Part shown: positions 1 to 9,698 of the stretch, one piece after another
Numbering within the stretch: the stretch's first letter is position 1
Layout of the letters: each line of letters opens with the position of its first letter
Source: Hyphomicrobiales bacterium
GTDB taxonomy: Bacteria > Pseudomonadota > Alphaproteobacteria > Rhizobiales > Aestuariivirgaceae
DNA length: 58,648 nucleotides
NCBI GenBank assembly: GCA_038330285.1
Contig: JBBQNU010000001.1
Location: 1-58,648 of the forward strand
Direction of reading: 5' to 3'
Notes under the pieces: model-generated
Databases searched by the model: none
The model's input: the letters and a program-made list of their open reading frames with translations, nothing else
What the model was told of the DNA's origin: nothing
Position numbers and translations under genes: made by a program

Positions 1-1227
1 GAACATGTCGACCAGCACGTAGTCCGACATGACGGCAGCGGATGCGTAGCCCAGCGGGCCGGCATAACCATTCGGGCGCAGCGTTTCCGAGGCCTTGGCA
101 TAGGGTGCGTGGATCGGGTCCGCCGTCCACACGGGGTTGGATGCAAAGGCCTTCAGCGGCTGGCAGCAATAGGCGCTTGATCCGGTGATCCAGGCATTCA
201 TCTGTTCGGCCTCATACATGAATTTGAGGTAGGCCTTGCAGGCGTTCGGGAACTTCGTGTGGTTGAATACGACTGCCTGGGTCGTCTGATACAGCTCCAC
301 GCTCGTGCCAACCGGTCCGACGGGGAAGAGCGTGGCGCGAAGGTCAGCCGTCATGTCCTTCAGCTTCTCGTCCTTCTTCGCCGCATAATAGAGAGATACG
401 CCATTCGCCGTCAGCGACACCTGGCCCGCGAGGAAGGCACGGTTGTTGTTGATGTCCTGCCAGCTTTCGGTTCCCGGGATGAAGGTCTCGTAGAGCGCCT
501 TGGCGTAGTTGATTGCAGCGATCGTCTCGGGGCTGTTGATGGTCACGACACCTTTCTCATCGACCATTTTGCCGCCGTGGCTCCACAGGAGCCAATGCAC
601 ATAGTTGTTGCCGTCACCCACCGCCTTGCCATGGGCAAAGCCGGCTGGCGTGCCCTTGGCCTTCATTGCCTTGCAGAGATCAAGGAAGCCCGCTGTATCC
701 TTTGGCATCTCCTTGAAACCTGCGGCTTCAATATGGCTCTGGCGATAGCAGACAGCGTTACCGATGGCGGCCAGCGGCAGGGCGATGTACTTGTCGCCAC
801 GCATGGCATAGCCCTTGAGTCCATCATAGAAGCCGCCGTACTTGCCATCGAGGTAGGTGCCAAGATCGGTCAGGTCCACCAGCTTGTCTGGATACTGGTG
901 CGCATCGTCGAACCAGCACAGCACCATGTCAGGGCCGGAACCGACGTTGGCCGTCACAGCGGCCTTCGGGCGGATATCTTCCCAGCTTTCCTTGTCGACA
1001 CGAACCTGAACACCGGTCGCATCCGTGAATTTCTTGGTGTTGGCCAACCAGGCATCTTCATCGCCTTTCACGAAAGGCGCCCAGCGCAGCAGGCGCAGGC
1101 TGGCGCCCGCTTCGGGCGTGTAGGCCGGTTCCTGCGCGAAGGCCGGGCGGCTGCCGGTCAGGCCAAAGCCTGCCGCACCCGCGATACCGGCCGAAGCCGC
1201 AAGTAGATCACGTCTGTTGATTTTCAT
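1..1227 (-). CDS. Sugar ABC transporter substrate-binding protein with Tat signal (partial, runs off left edge)
   Basis: Not in the ORF track because it has no stop in the window. Manual translation from ATG 1227 gives MKINRRDLLAASAGIAGAAGFGLTGSRPAFAQEP (twin-arginine RRDLL, AFA cleavage site). GGAGGA RBS upstream. Lies downstream of an ABC ATPase. Confidence 0.88.
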   Translation of the reverse strand, partial: MKINRRDLLAASAGIAGAAGFGLTGSRPAFAQEPAYTPEAGASLRLLRWAPFVKGDEDAWLANTKKFTDATGVQVRVDKESWEDIRPKAAVTANVGSGPDMVLCWFDDAHQYPDKLVDLTDLGTYLDGKYGGFYDGLKGYAMRGDKYIALPLAAIGNAVCYRQSHIEAAGFKEMPKDTAGFLDLCKAMKAKGTPAGFAHGKAVGDGNNYVHWLLWSHGGKMVDEKGVVTINSPETIAAINYAKALYETFIPGTESWQDINNNRAFLAGQVSLTANGVSLYYAAKKDEKLKDMTADLRATLFPVGPVGTSVELYQTTQAVVFNHTKFPNACKAYLKFMYEAEQMNAWITGSSAYCCQPLKAFASNPVWTADPIHAPYAKASETLRPNGYAGPLGYASAAVMSDYVLVDMF

Positions 1228-1311
1228 CGTTTCCTCCTGAACGTTTCCGGGATATTCCGATTTTTCCGTCCGGTGCCTTCCCGTGGCAACACCGGTGGTT
1301 TTAGGTTCCAG

Positions 1312-2373
<1,062 letters not shown>

Positions 2374-2567
2374 ACACATCCTCCCAGACCAGCGTGCCGA
2401 AACCACAATTTTCAAAGACAACGAACGCAGCCTCGTAGCGGGCTGTTGAAATTCTTCGCTCTCAGAAACAGATGAGGGTCAATGTAACCGCCTCACTCGA
2501 TTAGTCAAACGATAGGGCAAGAAGAATTCAGGCAGGCCGTTAGACTTTGGTATTATGTCCAATAAAT

Positions 2568-3683
2568 TTAATTCAGCCGTTCGGTCTGGAACAGCAGCAC
2601 GTTGAGCCCGCCATGGGACACGGACCGGCCCGGCGGGGCGAACGGCAGGCCGGTTGCCTTGGCCAGTGATGTGTCCGTTGTAATCAAACCCACGCGCCAG
2701 CCAGTGAAGCGTGTCAAAAGTGTTTTCCCAAGTGCTGCGTAAAGCGTAACGAGCGGCTTCTTGTCACCGATGCGGGTGCCATAGGGCGGATTGACGATCA
2801 CCAGCCCCGGCGGCCCCGGCGGCGGCGTGATATTGCTGACCGCATGATTCTGGAACACGGTGAAGTCCGAAACCCCCGCACGCTCCGCATTGGCACGGCT
2901 CATCCGGATCGCGCCCGCATCACAGTCGCTGCCGAAGAAATGCAGGGTCGGCTTTGCGCCGTGCGATGGTTCGCGCAGGCGCTTCCAGGCGCCTTCGTCG
3001 AAGCTTGTGAGTTGCTCGAAAGCAAAGCGCCGTGCCCGGCCCGGATTAAGCTTCGCTGCAATTTCCGCCGCTTCAATCACGAAGGTGCCGGAGCCGCACA
3101 TGGGATCGACCACGGTTTCACTGCCGTCATAGCCGCATTGCCGCAGAAAAAGCGATGCCATGGTTTCCCGCATGGGCGCCTTGGCGACGGCTTCCTTGTA
3201 ACCCCGCTTGTGCAGGGACTCGCCCGAGGTATCGATGCTGACCGTGCAAAGATTGTCTTCGAAACGCGCCATGATGCTCACCTCCGCGTCAGGCGAGATG
3301 GGCGCGCCGAGTTCCTCACGGATCGCCGTTTCAATTCGCTGCGCCGCCGCACCTGCGTGGTAGATGCGCGACTTTTTGCTGGTGACCTCGACTTTGACCG
3401 GCACATCGGGACGTAAATTTTCGCTCCAGGGAAACTTGCGGGCGAGCTTGTCGAGTTGTGCCAGGTGGCCCGCATGAAACGCGCCGATGCGGGCGAGCAC
3501 GCGCGTCGCCCCGCGGATTTCAAGATTGGCCCGCCAAACCTCGGGCCAGCCGCCCCGCAGCACCACGCCACCCGTTACTGTCTTGGGATCAACAAAGCCC
3601 TTGACCAAAACCTCGTCGCAAAGCACGGCCTCAAGGCCGGGCGGCGACACCAGAAATATTTCGAAATCAGCGGCTATGGTCAT
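2568..3683 (-). CDS. THUMP-domain class I SAM-dependent RNA methyltransferase (stand-alone RlmL-like)
   Basis: PPGLEA N-terminus, SLHKRGY, APMRETMA, DPMCGSGT and NPPYG motifs. Confidence 0.9.
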   Translation of the reverse strand: MTIAADFEIFLVSPPGLEAVLCDEVLVKGFVDPKTVTGGVVLRGGWPEVWRANLEIRGATRVLARIGAFHAGHLAQLDKLARKFPWSENLRPDVPVKVEVTSKKSRIYHAGAAAQRIETAIREELGAPISPDAEVSIMARFEDNLCTVSIDTSGESLHKRGYKEAVAKAPMRETMASLFLRQCGYDGSETVVDPMCGSGTFVIEAAEIAAKLNPGRARRFAFEQLTSFDEGAWKRLREPSHGAKPTLHFFGSDCDAGAIRMSRANAERAGVSDFTVFQNHAVSNITPPPGPPGLVIVNPPYGTRIGDKKPLVTLYAALGKTLLTRFTGWRVGLITTDTSLAKATGLPFAPPGRSVSHGGLNVLLFQTERLN

Positions 3684-3813
3684 CGCGCCCGAATACCCTG
3701 AAAACCCGCGCCAATCGACAACTTTCCGCCATGCCGTCGGCACATGATGCTGGCAATTCCAATAAGTGTGCTTAGGTAAGGAACTGAGTGAAATCCAAGG
3801 TCAGGAGAGTTCC

Positions 3814-4053
3814 ATGAGCAGAATTATTTACAAGATCGTCGAACATGGCGAAGGCTGGGCCTATCAGGTCCAGGGCACCTATTCCGAGACCTTCCCCAGC
3901 GCCGATGCGGCGCGCGCCGCCGCGCGGACTGCGGCAATGGAACAGGCTCAGCCCGGCAAGGATGTGGGCATTACCTTTGAAGATGCCTCCGGCCACTGGC
4001 ATGAAGAGCTGTCCCATGGCGACGACCGGCCGGACGCCACGGTCGAGGGTTAG
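3814..4053 (+). CDS. Small conserved protein, DUF2188-like
   Basis: AGGAG RBS before ATG 3814. Pattern YKIVEHGEGWAY...SETFPS...W..E resembles the rhizobial DUF2188 family. Confidence 0.7.
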   Translation: MSRIIYKIVEHGEGWAYQVQGTYSETFPSADAARAAARTAAMEQAQPGKDVGITFEDASGHWHEELSHGDDRPDATVEG

Positions 4054-4983
4054 CTAGGGTCCGCAGGGATCGAAGTTCAGCCGTAAGCCCGGGCGGGCCC
4101 ATGGCAGGCTCACGACTTTGCCGGTACTAGACAATGTCAGGTAAGCGGTCTTGAGGTCGGGCCCGCCGAAGCAGATGTTGGTGCAGTAAGGATCGGGCGT
4201 GGCGATAAACTCGACAAATCCGCCATCCGGCGCAATCACGTTGATGCCGCCCATAACCAGCGTGGCCACGCAGATATTGCCATCCCGTTCCACCGCCAGT
4301 GAATCATAGGACGTGAAACCCGGCGGGCCTGCCAGATGGCGGCCGCCATTTTCATGCGGCGGCTGTTTGCGGATGACGCCCGGCGAAACAATATCGAAAG
4401 CCCAGAGGTGGCCGGTGCGTGTCTCGGCCACATAAACGGTTTTCTCGTCAGGCGACAGGCCAACGCCATTCGACATGAGCATGGGTTGCACGATTTCGCT
4501 GATCAAGCTGCCGTCGGTTTTGGCATAATAGAGGGCGCCGAGGTCCGTGTCGCGGGCCCGCCGCTTGCCAAGGTCGGTGAAATAGAAGCCGCCGTGACGG
4601 TCGAAGACAATGTCGTTTGGGCCTTTGAGCGGATAGGCGCCGCAGTGGGTGTAAAGCACCTCCACCTTGCCTGTATCCATATCGATGCGCTCGATCCGCC
4701 CGCCGCTGTAGTCATCCGGCTGGCCCGTGGGGAACAACTTGCCGTCGACCGTTTTCCAGGCAAATCCGCCGTTGTTGCAGATATAAAGATGGCCGTCCGG
4801 CCCGAAGGCCGCGCCATTGGGTCCGCCGCCCGGCGTGGCGATAATGCTTTTGCGCCCCTTGGCATCGATGCGTGTCACGCAGCCCTTGGCAATTTCCACC
4901 ACCAGCATTTCGCCATCCGGCAGCATCACCGGCCCTTCCGGAAAGGCGAGGCCCGAAGCAACTTCTGTCAAAAGCGGTGTCAT
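4054..4983 (-). CDS. SMP-30/gluconolactonase/LRE family beta-propeller
   Basis: FPEGP, GPNG, PND...G.YFTD, NGVGLSPD and TN.CFGG.D motifs. Confidence 0.92.
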   Translation of the reverse strand: MTPLLTEVASGLAFPEGPVMLPDGEMLVVEIAKGCVTRIDAKGRKSIIATPGGGPNGAAFGPDGHLYICNNGGFAWKTVDGKLFPTGQPDDYSGGRIERIDMDTGKVEVLYTHCGAYPLKGPNDIVFDRHGGFYFTDLGKRRARDTDLGALYYAKTDGSLISEIVQPMLMSNGVGLSPDEKTVYVAETRTGHLWAFDIVSPGVIRKQPPHENGGRHLAGPPGFTSYDSLAVERDGNICVATLVMGGINVIAPDGGFVEFIATPDPYCTNICFGGPDLKTAYLTLSSTGKVVSLPWARPGLRLNFDPCGP

Positions 4984-5102
4984 GGTCTATGCCTAACCGA
5001 TTCTCATCGTATGCGTTGTTTGTTGGGCATAACTTTGGCGCAATGCGGACTGATATTCAACAGGGGCGGAATTCGACGACCAGCAGGATTTGCGGACGCT
5101 CA

Positions 5103-5147
5103 AAAGAAAACCCCGTCTGGAAACCAAGATCCAGACGGGGTTTCTTT
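5103..5147 (-). terminator. Rho-independent terminator (possibly bidirectional)
   Basis: AAACCCCGTCTGGA / TCCAGACGGGGTTT stem with A/T tails, just past the stop of 5163..5999(-). Confidence 0.8.
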
Positions 5148-5162
5148 GTGTTCAGGCGGTGG

Positions 5163-5999
5163 TTAGCGCCAGCGCGCCAAGTGACTGTGGTCAACGCCTT
5201 CGTCACGGTGCTTTCCGCCTGCGGTGGCTGCCCACCAGGCAGCAAGGCCGCTGATCAGCAGGGAAGCAGCAGTCAAGAATGCGAACAATACCGCATACCG
5301 GCGCGCCGTTTCCGCCTGGGCCTTCAACGTTGCCACTGTGTCATCCAAACGCTTTTGGGCATCTGCTTCGGCCAGGCCGGTGCGGGACGATATTTCACGG
5401 ACCACATAGGCCTTGTCCGTTTCGTCAAAGCTGCGCGCGGCAATGTTGCTGGCAAGGATCCGGCCGATTTGCGCGTTGTACTGGGTGTCTGCGGACACCG
5501 CCGTTGTCCCGGCCACTGCATCGCTGCGCATGAGTTTGTCAGTGTAGTAATCCATGGCCCCGGTGTTTGAAGCCGTGCTGATGGCGCCGCTGACGCCAGC
5601 CAGCGCAAGCCAGGTCGCCAGGGCGGCACCTATCACGATGTTGACGGCCCACACGATCAGGCCATGGGCCCCGTCGCGCATTTCCACTTCATGGGCTTTT
5701 GCATCGCCCATGCGCCGCCGCATGCGGCCTGCCACGTAGCCGCCGCCAATAAAGCTCGAAATCTGCACCCATAGAAGCCAGAGACCGGCGGCAATAACGA
5801 GGCCGACAACCGCCCCGGACGCTGACGGGTGAAATGACGTAACAGACAGGCCAATTGCCGATCCGAATGCCAGGAAAACCGAAGACACGGCAAGGGAAAT
5901 AAAGACGCCCGCGGCAATTGCACCCCAGTCAACATAGTTGCTGGGAGTGCCAGACTCGACTGAAATGCCGCTAGCGGCATCGGAAAATGTGGTGGCCAT
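5163..5999 (-). CDS. Conserved polytopic membrane protein of unknown function
   Basis: About four hydrophobic segments; motifs SYVDWGAI-like, GGYVAGRMR, E.RDGAHGL.VWA, GG.HRD; GGAG RBS. Confidence 0.85.
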   Translation of the reverse strand: MATTFSDAASGISVESGTPSNYVDWGAIAAGVFISLAVSSVFLAFGSAIGLSVTSFHPSASGAVVGLVIAAGLWLLWVQISSFIGGGYVAGRMRRRMGDAKAHEVEMRDGAHGLIVWAVNIVIGAALATWLALAGVSGAISTASNTGAMDYYTDKLMRSDAVAGTTAVSADTQYNAQIGRILASNIAARSFDETDKAYVVREISSRTGLAEADAQKRLDDTVATLKAQAETARRYAVLFAFLTAASLLISGLAAWWAATAGGKHRDEGVDHSHLARWR

Positions 6000-6058
6000 C
6001 GACGTTGCTCCAATGATGAAAAATGAGGTTTCGCGGATTTCAGACGTGAGTTACCGGC

Positions 6059-6133
6059 TTAGCGCAAGCCCAGAAGGGAAAGCACAAAGAGGACAACGAC
6101 CACCAGTCCGACCAGATAAATAATTGAGTTCAT
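6059..6133 (-). CDS. Hydrophobic microprotein MNSIIYLVGLVVVVLFVLSLLGLR (24 aa)
   Basis: Manual translation; below the ORF-track cut-off. GGAGG RBS 7 nt before the ATG. Single TM-like helix. Lies directly upstream of, and co-oriented with, 5163..5999. Confidence 0.8.
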   Translation of the reverse strand: MNSIIYLVGLVVVVLFVLSLLGLR

Positions 6134-6212
6134 AATTCGACCTCCAAATTGAGTTGAGGCTGCAAGGGCCGTTCCCAAAGCCCAAGGCTCCGGAACACTT
6201 CAACCCACCTCT

Positions 6213-6237
6213 AACGTGTGGGGCGAAAATGTGTTCC
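6213..6237 (-). promoter_or_regulatory. EcfG/RpoE2/SigT-type general-stress promoter
   Basis: Minus strand reads GGAAC-acattttcgccccaca(16)-CGTT, matching the GGAAC-N16/17-CGTT consensus. Confidence 0.7.
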
Positions 6238-6266
6238 ATCGCGGCAAAAATTTGTTCGGGGATGCT

Positions 6267-6292
6267 GGAACCAAAACCCGGGGCTGAAGGTT
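6267..6292 (+). promoter_or_regulatory. EcfG-type promoter of the 25-aa microprotein
   Basis: GGAAC-N17-GGTT, ending about 33 nt upstream of ATG 6326. Confidence 0.55.
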
Positions 6293-6325
6293 TATCCCTC
6301 GCGATTTCCAAATAAGGAGCATATC

Positions 6326-6403
6326 ATGCGTGGAGTTCTGCTGTGGCTTGTAGGGATTCCGATCCCCATCATCATTCTCTTATATCTGTTCAACGTCGTT
6401 TAA
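6326..6403 (+). CDS. Hydrophobic microprotein MRGVLLWLVGIPIPIIILLYLFNVV (25 aa)
   Basis: TAAGGAG RBS before ATG 6326. It is the C-terminal part of track ORF 6218..6403. LLWL.GIPIPIIILL resembles small alphaproteobacterial membrane peptides. Confidence 0.82.
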   Translation: MRGVLLWLVGIPIPIIILLYLFNVV

Positions 6404-6548
6404 CCTTCGTTCGACGGCCAAAACCCCGCCGGGAAAACGACTTCCAAATCCCACGGCTCTCCAGAAAGCACTGAAGATTCTGGCGTGAAGCCAGTTTGGG
6501 CCCAAAAAAATCACGAAAGGAGGGCAATCCCTTTCACGTTTTTATTTT

Positions 6549-6560
6549 TGCACTGCAGCA
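6549..6560 (+). promoter_or_regulatory. PhaR/AniA-type box TGCACTGCAGCA
   Basis: Exact fit to TGCRNYGCASMA, but located in a convergent intergenic region. Confidence 0.45.
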
Positions 6561-6733
6561 AAAAGCCCGCAGGCGATGAGTCCAAAGTAGGGTATCGGAG
6601 CTTTTCCCCCAATGTTAGAAAATGAGCAGCGCCCGGATTCTCTTTGATGCCGGAAAATGTCGGATAAACGTACATGTGCGCAAATTTGGGGGAATTTGTC
6701 CGTGCAACGATATCTATCGGACGTGAATAAAAA

Positions 6734-7441
6734 TCAGGGCCCTGCCTCAGACGCTATTGCCTGCCGGTCAACGCGTCGCCGGAATTCCTCGCGGACTTCG
6801 AGCCAGGCAAATTTGATGGAGTTTTCCACAATTTCCGTATCGTGTTTCTTGAGTTCCGGGGCGATGGGCGACCAGCGGACCAGAGCGCGCGGGCTGCGTT
6901 TGAAATTCTCCGGCTTGAGGGCGCCAAATTCCCAAATCGTGTCCTTCAAGCGCTCGTCGAATTCGCTGATGGCGTCCGGTGCCCAGCGCTCTGTCGGCGC
7001 GAACTTCCTGTTTTCTTCGATCGCCGATCGAAAGCACTGGCGCGCAATTGCGCGGCAGGTCTCATGACTGATATGCGCGCCAGCTGTCGCTTCGGCTACC
7101 GCGTAGATCGCAAGATCCGACAGGCAGGCCGTAAATACATGCATTTTGGCGATGTTAAGCGATACCAGGAAAACTTCGTCCTGGAAATTCTTGGCGTAGT
7201 TCATTCCCATGCGCGTCTGGACATAGCCGTAGAGCGTTTTTTGCGAAACGAACGCCGAGCGGGTGGCAACGAAGTCGCTGAGTTGCGCGATCGTGGTGAT
7301 TTTTCCCGCGCGCCGGCGGCCAGGCCGAAAGCCAATACTGTTGAGAAAATCCTTGGCTATGGCGAAAACCTGGTGCATGGGAGGAAATTTGTAAATCCGG
7401 GGGTTGTTCCAGTCTATACCGCTAGGTTCATATCGCAGCAT
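6734..7441 (-). CDS. Conserved hypothetical protein (start uncertain, alternative ATG 7378)
   Basis: Long ORF with protein-like composition (AFVSQKTLYGYVQTRMG...LNIAK), divergent from the DUF4212 gene. No catalytic motif recognised. Confidence 0.7.
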   Translation of the reverse strand: MLRYEPSGIDWNNPRIYKFPPMHQVFAIAKDFLNSIGFRPGRRRAGKITTIAQLSDFVATRSAFVSQKTLYGYVQTRMGMNYAKNFQDEVFLVSLNIAKMHVFTACLSDLAIYAVAEATAGAHISHETCRAIARQCFRSAIEENRKFAPTERWAPDAISEFDERLKDTIWEFGALKPENFKRSPRALVRWSPIAPELKKHDTEIVENSIKFAWLEVREEFRRRVDRQAIASEAGP

Positions 7442-7525
7442 TGCACTGTTGCCTGTAGTGTGAGCTAATATCGTAGGGGCTTTGCATGTGCATGTGCAAG
7501 GCGATTTTTGGGAGGAGATCGAAGC

Positions 7526-7789
7526 ATGCCTGCAGACACAAAAGCTTCACGCCAGATGCACTGGGTGAAAACGAGAAATCTGACTTACATAATCCTTGCG
7601 CTATGGGTGCTCTTCGGAATCATTCTTCCTTGGTTCGCCGGAAGCCTGAATGCCTATTCGTTTCTGGGCTTTCCATTGGGATATTATTTCTGTGTTCAAG
7701 GTTCGCTGATTGCTTTTGTGGCGCTCATCTGGGTTCAGAACTGGCGGCAAGACGCAATTGACGACGAATTCGGCGTCGGCGAAGAATAA
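7526..7789 (+). CDS. DUF4212 small subunit of sodium:solute symporter
   Basis: Two TM helices with FLGFPLGYY...QGS..F motif and an acidic C-terminus; GGAGG RBS; 8 nt before the symporter. Confidence 0.9.
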   Translation: MPADTKASRQMHWVKTRNLTYIILALWVLFGIILPWFAGSLNAYSFLGFPLGYYFCVQGSLIAFVALIWVQNWRQDAIDDEFGVGEE

Positions 7790-7797
7790 GGGGGAAA

Positions 7798-9624
7798 ATG
7801 ATGTCTACTGAATCAATGTCCAAACGCCCGGCGTTTCTCGACAACCTGGGCAAGGTTTATTTTCTTTACACCCTAGGCTTCTTGGCGTTTTTCGCCATCA
7901 TGGCGGTCTTCGAGAGTCTGGGCGGCAGCGCGCAGGCGATAGGTATCGGATTTCTGCTCTTCACTATCGGCATTTATGCGGTCATTGGCTGGCTCTCACG
8001 GACAGCGGAAGTTGACGCCTATTATGTCGCCGGCCGCGAAGTGCCCGCCCTCTACAATGGCATGGCCACCGCCGCCGACTGGATGTCGGGGGCGTCGTTT
8101 GTGGCCTTGGCCGGCGGCGTCTATTTCGGCGGATACCCTTATCTCGGGTATATCGTCGGCTGGACCGGCGGCTATGTCCTCGTGAACTCGCTGATGGCGC
8201 CTTACCTCAGGAAGTTTGGCTGCTACACGGTCCCGGACTTCGTCGGCACCCGCTACGGCGGCAATACCGCACGCTTGTGTGCTGTTATCATCTTGGTGGT
8301 GGCGTCATTCACCTACGTGACGGCGCAGATCAACGCGACTGGAACCATTGCCGCGCAAACCCTTGGCATCAGTTTTGAGCTCGGCGTCTGGCTCGGTTTG
8401 ATCGGCATCTTCATCTGCTCGATGCTGGGCGGCATGCGCGGCGTGACCTGGACCCAGGTTGCGCAATACATCGTGCTGATCATTGCCTATCTGGTGCCGA
8501 TCATCTGGATGTCCAACAAGCAGGGTTTCGGCATAATTCCACATTTCTCTTACGGCGACGCCATTCACCGTGTTGCTGAACTTGAGGCACAATATGGTTT
8601 GACTGCCGCGGCTCAGCCCATGCCAGGCCTTGCAGTCCTCACCACGCCGCAAAACGCACCCGGAGACAGCATGAGTTCGTGGAAGATGGTGTCTCTTGCC
8701 ATCTGCATGATGGCCGGCACCGCATCGCTTCCGCATATTCTGATGCGCTACTTCACCACCCCGTCGGTCCGCTCGGCCCGGCGTTCTGTCGGCTGGTCGC
8801 TGATATTTATCTTCCTTCTGTATTTCTCGGCGCCGGCCCTGGCTACGCTGACAAAGCTGCAGTTGCTTGACCCCAATCTGGCAAGTTCCATTATTGGCAA
8901 GTCGTTTGCCGATGTTGCAAATCTCGAATGGATAAAGCATTGGACGTCCGTGGGCATGCTCGCGGTGCAAGACCAGAATGTCGATGGCATCCTTCAGTTG
9001 AACGAGTTCTTCATGCGTCCCGACATCGTCGTGCTTGCCACGCCTGAAATTGCTGGCTTGCCCTTCGTTATTTCCGGACTTGTGGCAGCTGGCGGCCTCG
9101 CGGCGGCCATGTCGACGGCAGACGGGCTGTTGCTCGCCATCGCCAATGCGCTCTCGCATGATCTCTATTACAAGATCATCGATCCATCGGCCAGCACGAA
9201 GCGGCGCCTGACAGTTGCCCGTGTCCTGTTGCTCTTTATTGGTGCGGCGGGTGCTATCGTCGCGTCACTGAAGCTCACGGGTATTCTGGGTGCCGTGGCG
9301 TGGGCCTTCGACTTTGCCTGTTCCGGCCTCTTCTTCCCGCTGGTTCTCGGCATTTGGTGGAAACGCGCCAACACCGCCGGGGCAATCGCCGGCATGGTCG
9401 GTGGCTTTGTTTCCGGCTCGCTGTACCTCTACCTGGTGTTCAACAAGATCATGGATCCATGGCTTGGGATTGACGACATCCGCTTCGGCATCATCGGCAT
9501 GGCTGTTAGCGTTGTCGCCATGGTCGTGGTCAGCCTCATGACCAAGGAGCCCTCGAAAGAAGTTCAGGCCATGGTTGACGAGGTTCGCATACCATCCGGC
9601 AAGACGATCCTTTCGAGTCATTGA
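7798..9624 (+). CDS. Sodium:solute symporter, ActP-like (VC_2705 subfamily), probable monocarboxylate/acetate uptake
   Basis: YYVAGR, NGMATAADWMSGASF, GWTGGY, GTASLPHILMRYFT and AAAMSTADGLL motifs; DQNVDG loop. Alternative start 7801. Confidence 0.92.
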   Translation: MMSTESMSKRPAFLDNLGKVYFLYTLGFLAFFAIMAVFESLGGSAQAIGIGFLLFTIGIYAVIGWLSRTAEVDAYYVAGREVPALYNGMATAADWMSGASFVALAGGVYFGGYPYLGYIVGWTGGYVLVNSLMAPYLRKFGCYTVPDFVGTRYGGNTARLCAVIILVVASFTYVTAQINATGTIAAQTLGISFELGVWLGLIGIFICSMLGGMRGVTWTQVAQYIVLIIAYLVPIIWMSNKQGFGIIPHFSYGDAIHRVAELEAQYGLTAAAQPMPGLAVLTTPQNAPGDSMSSWKMVSLAICMMAGTASLPHILMRYFTTPSVRSARRSVGWSLIFIFLLYFSAPALATLTKLQLLDPNLASSIIGKSFADVANLEWIKHWTSVGMLAVQDQNVDGILQLNEFFMRPDIVVLATPEIAGLPFVISGLVAAGGLAAAMSTADGLLLAIANALSHDLYYKIIDPSASTKRRLTVARVLLLFIGAAGAIVASLKLTGILGAVAWAFDFACSGLFFPLVLGIWWKRANTAGAIAGMVGGFVSGSLYLYLVFNKIMDPWLGIDDIRFGIIGMAVSVVAMVVVSLMTKEPSKEVQAMVDEVRIPSGKTILSSH

Positions 9625-9643
9625 AGCAAATAGCAGCTAATAT

Positions 9644-9672
9644 GCAGGGGCGGAATTTTCCGCCCCTGCTTT
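9644..9672 (+). terminator. Hairpin terminator/attenuator after the symporter
   Basis: GCAGGGGCGGAA-tt-TTCCGCCCCTGC followed by T-rich sequence. Confidence 0.7.
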
Positions 9673-9698
9673 ATGTTTTATGATGCGGACGTTTTCAC

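Noticed and set aside
259-1206. 315-aa plus-strand ORF
   Set aside because: Antisense shadow of the Tat-exported binding protein on the minus strand.
3737-3812. Possible sigma54 or EcfG promoter before the DUF2188-like gene
   Set aside because: GG-to-GC spacing is not N10, and the GGAAC has no properly spaced -10 element.
6218-6325. N-terminal extension of the 61-aa track ORF
   Set aside because: The RBS and promoter point to ATG 6326; the extension overlaps promoter elements.
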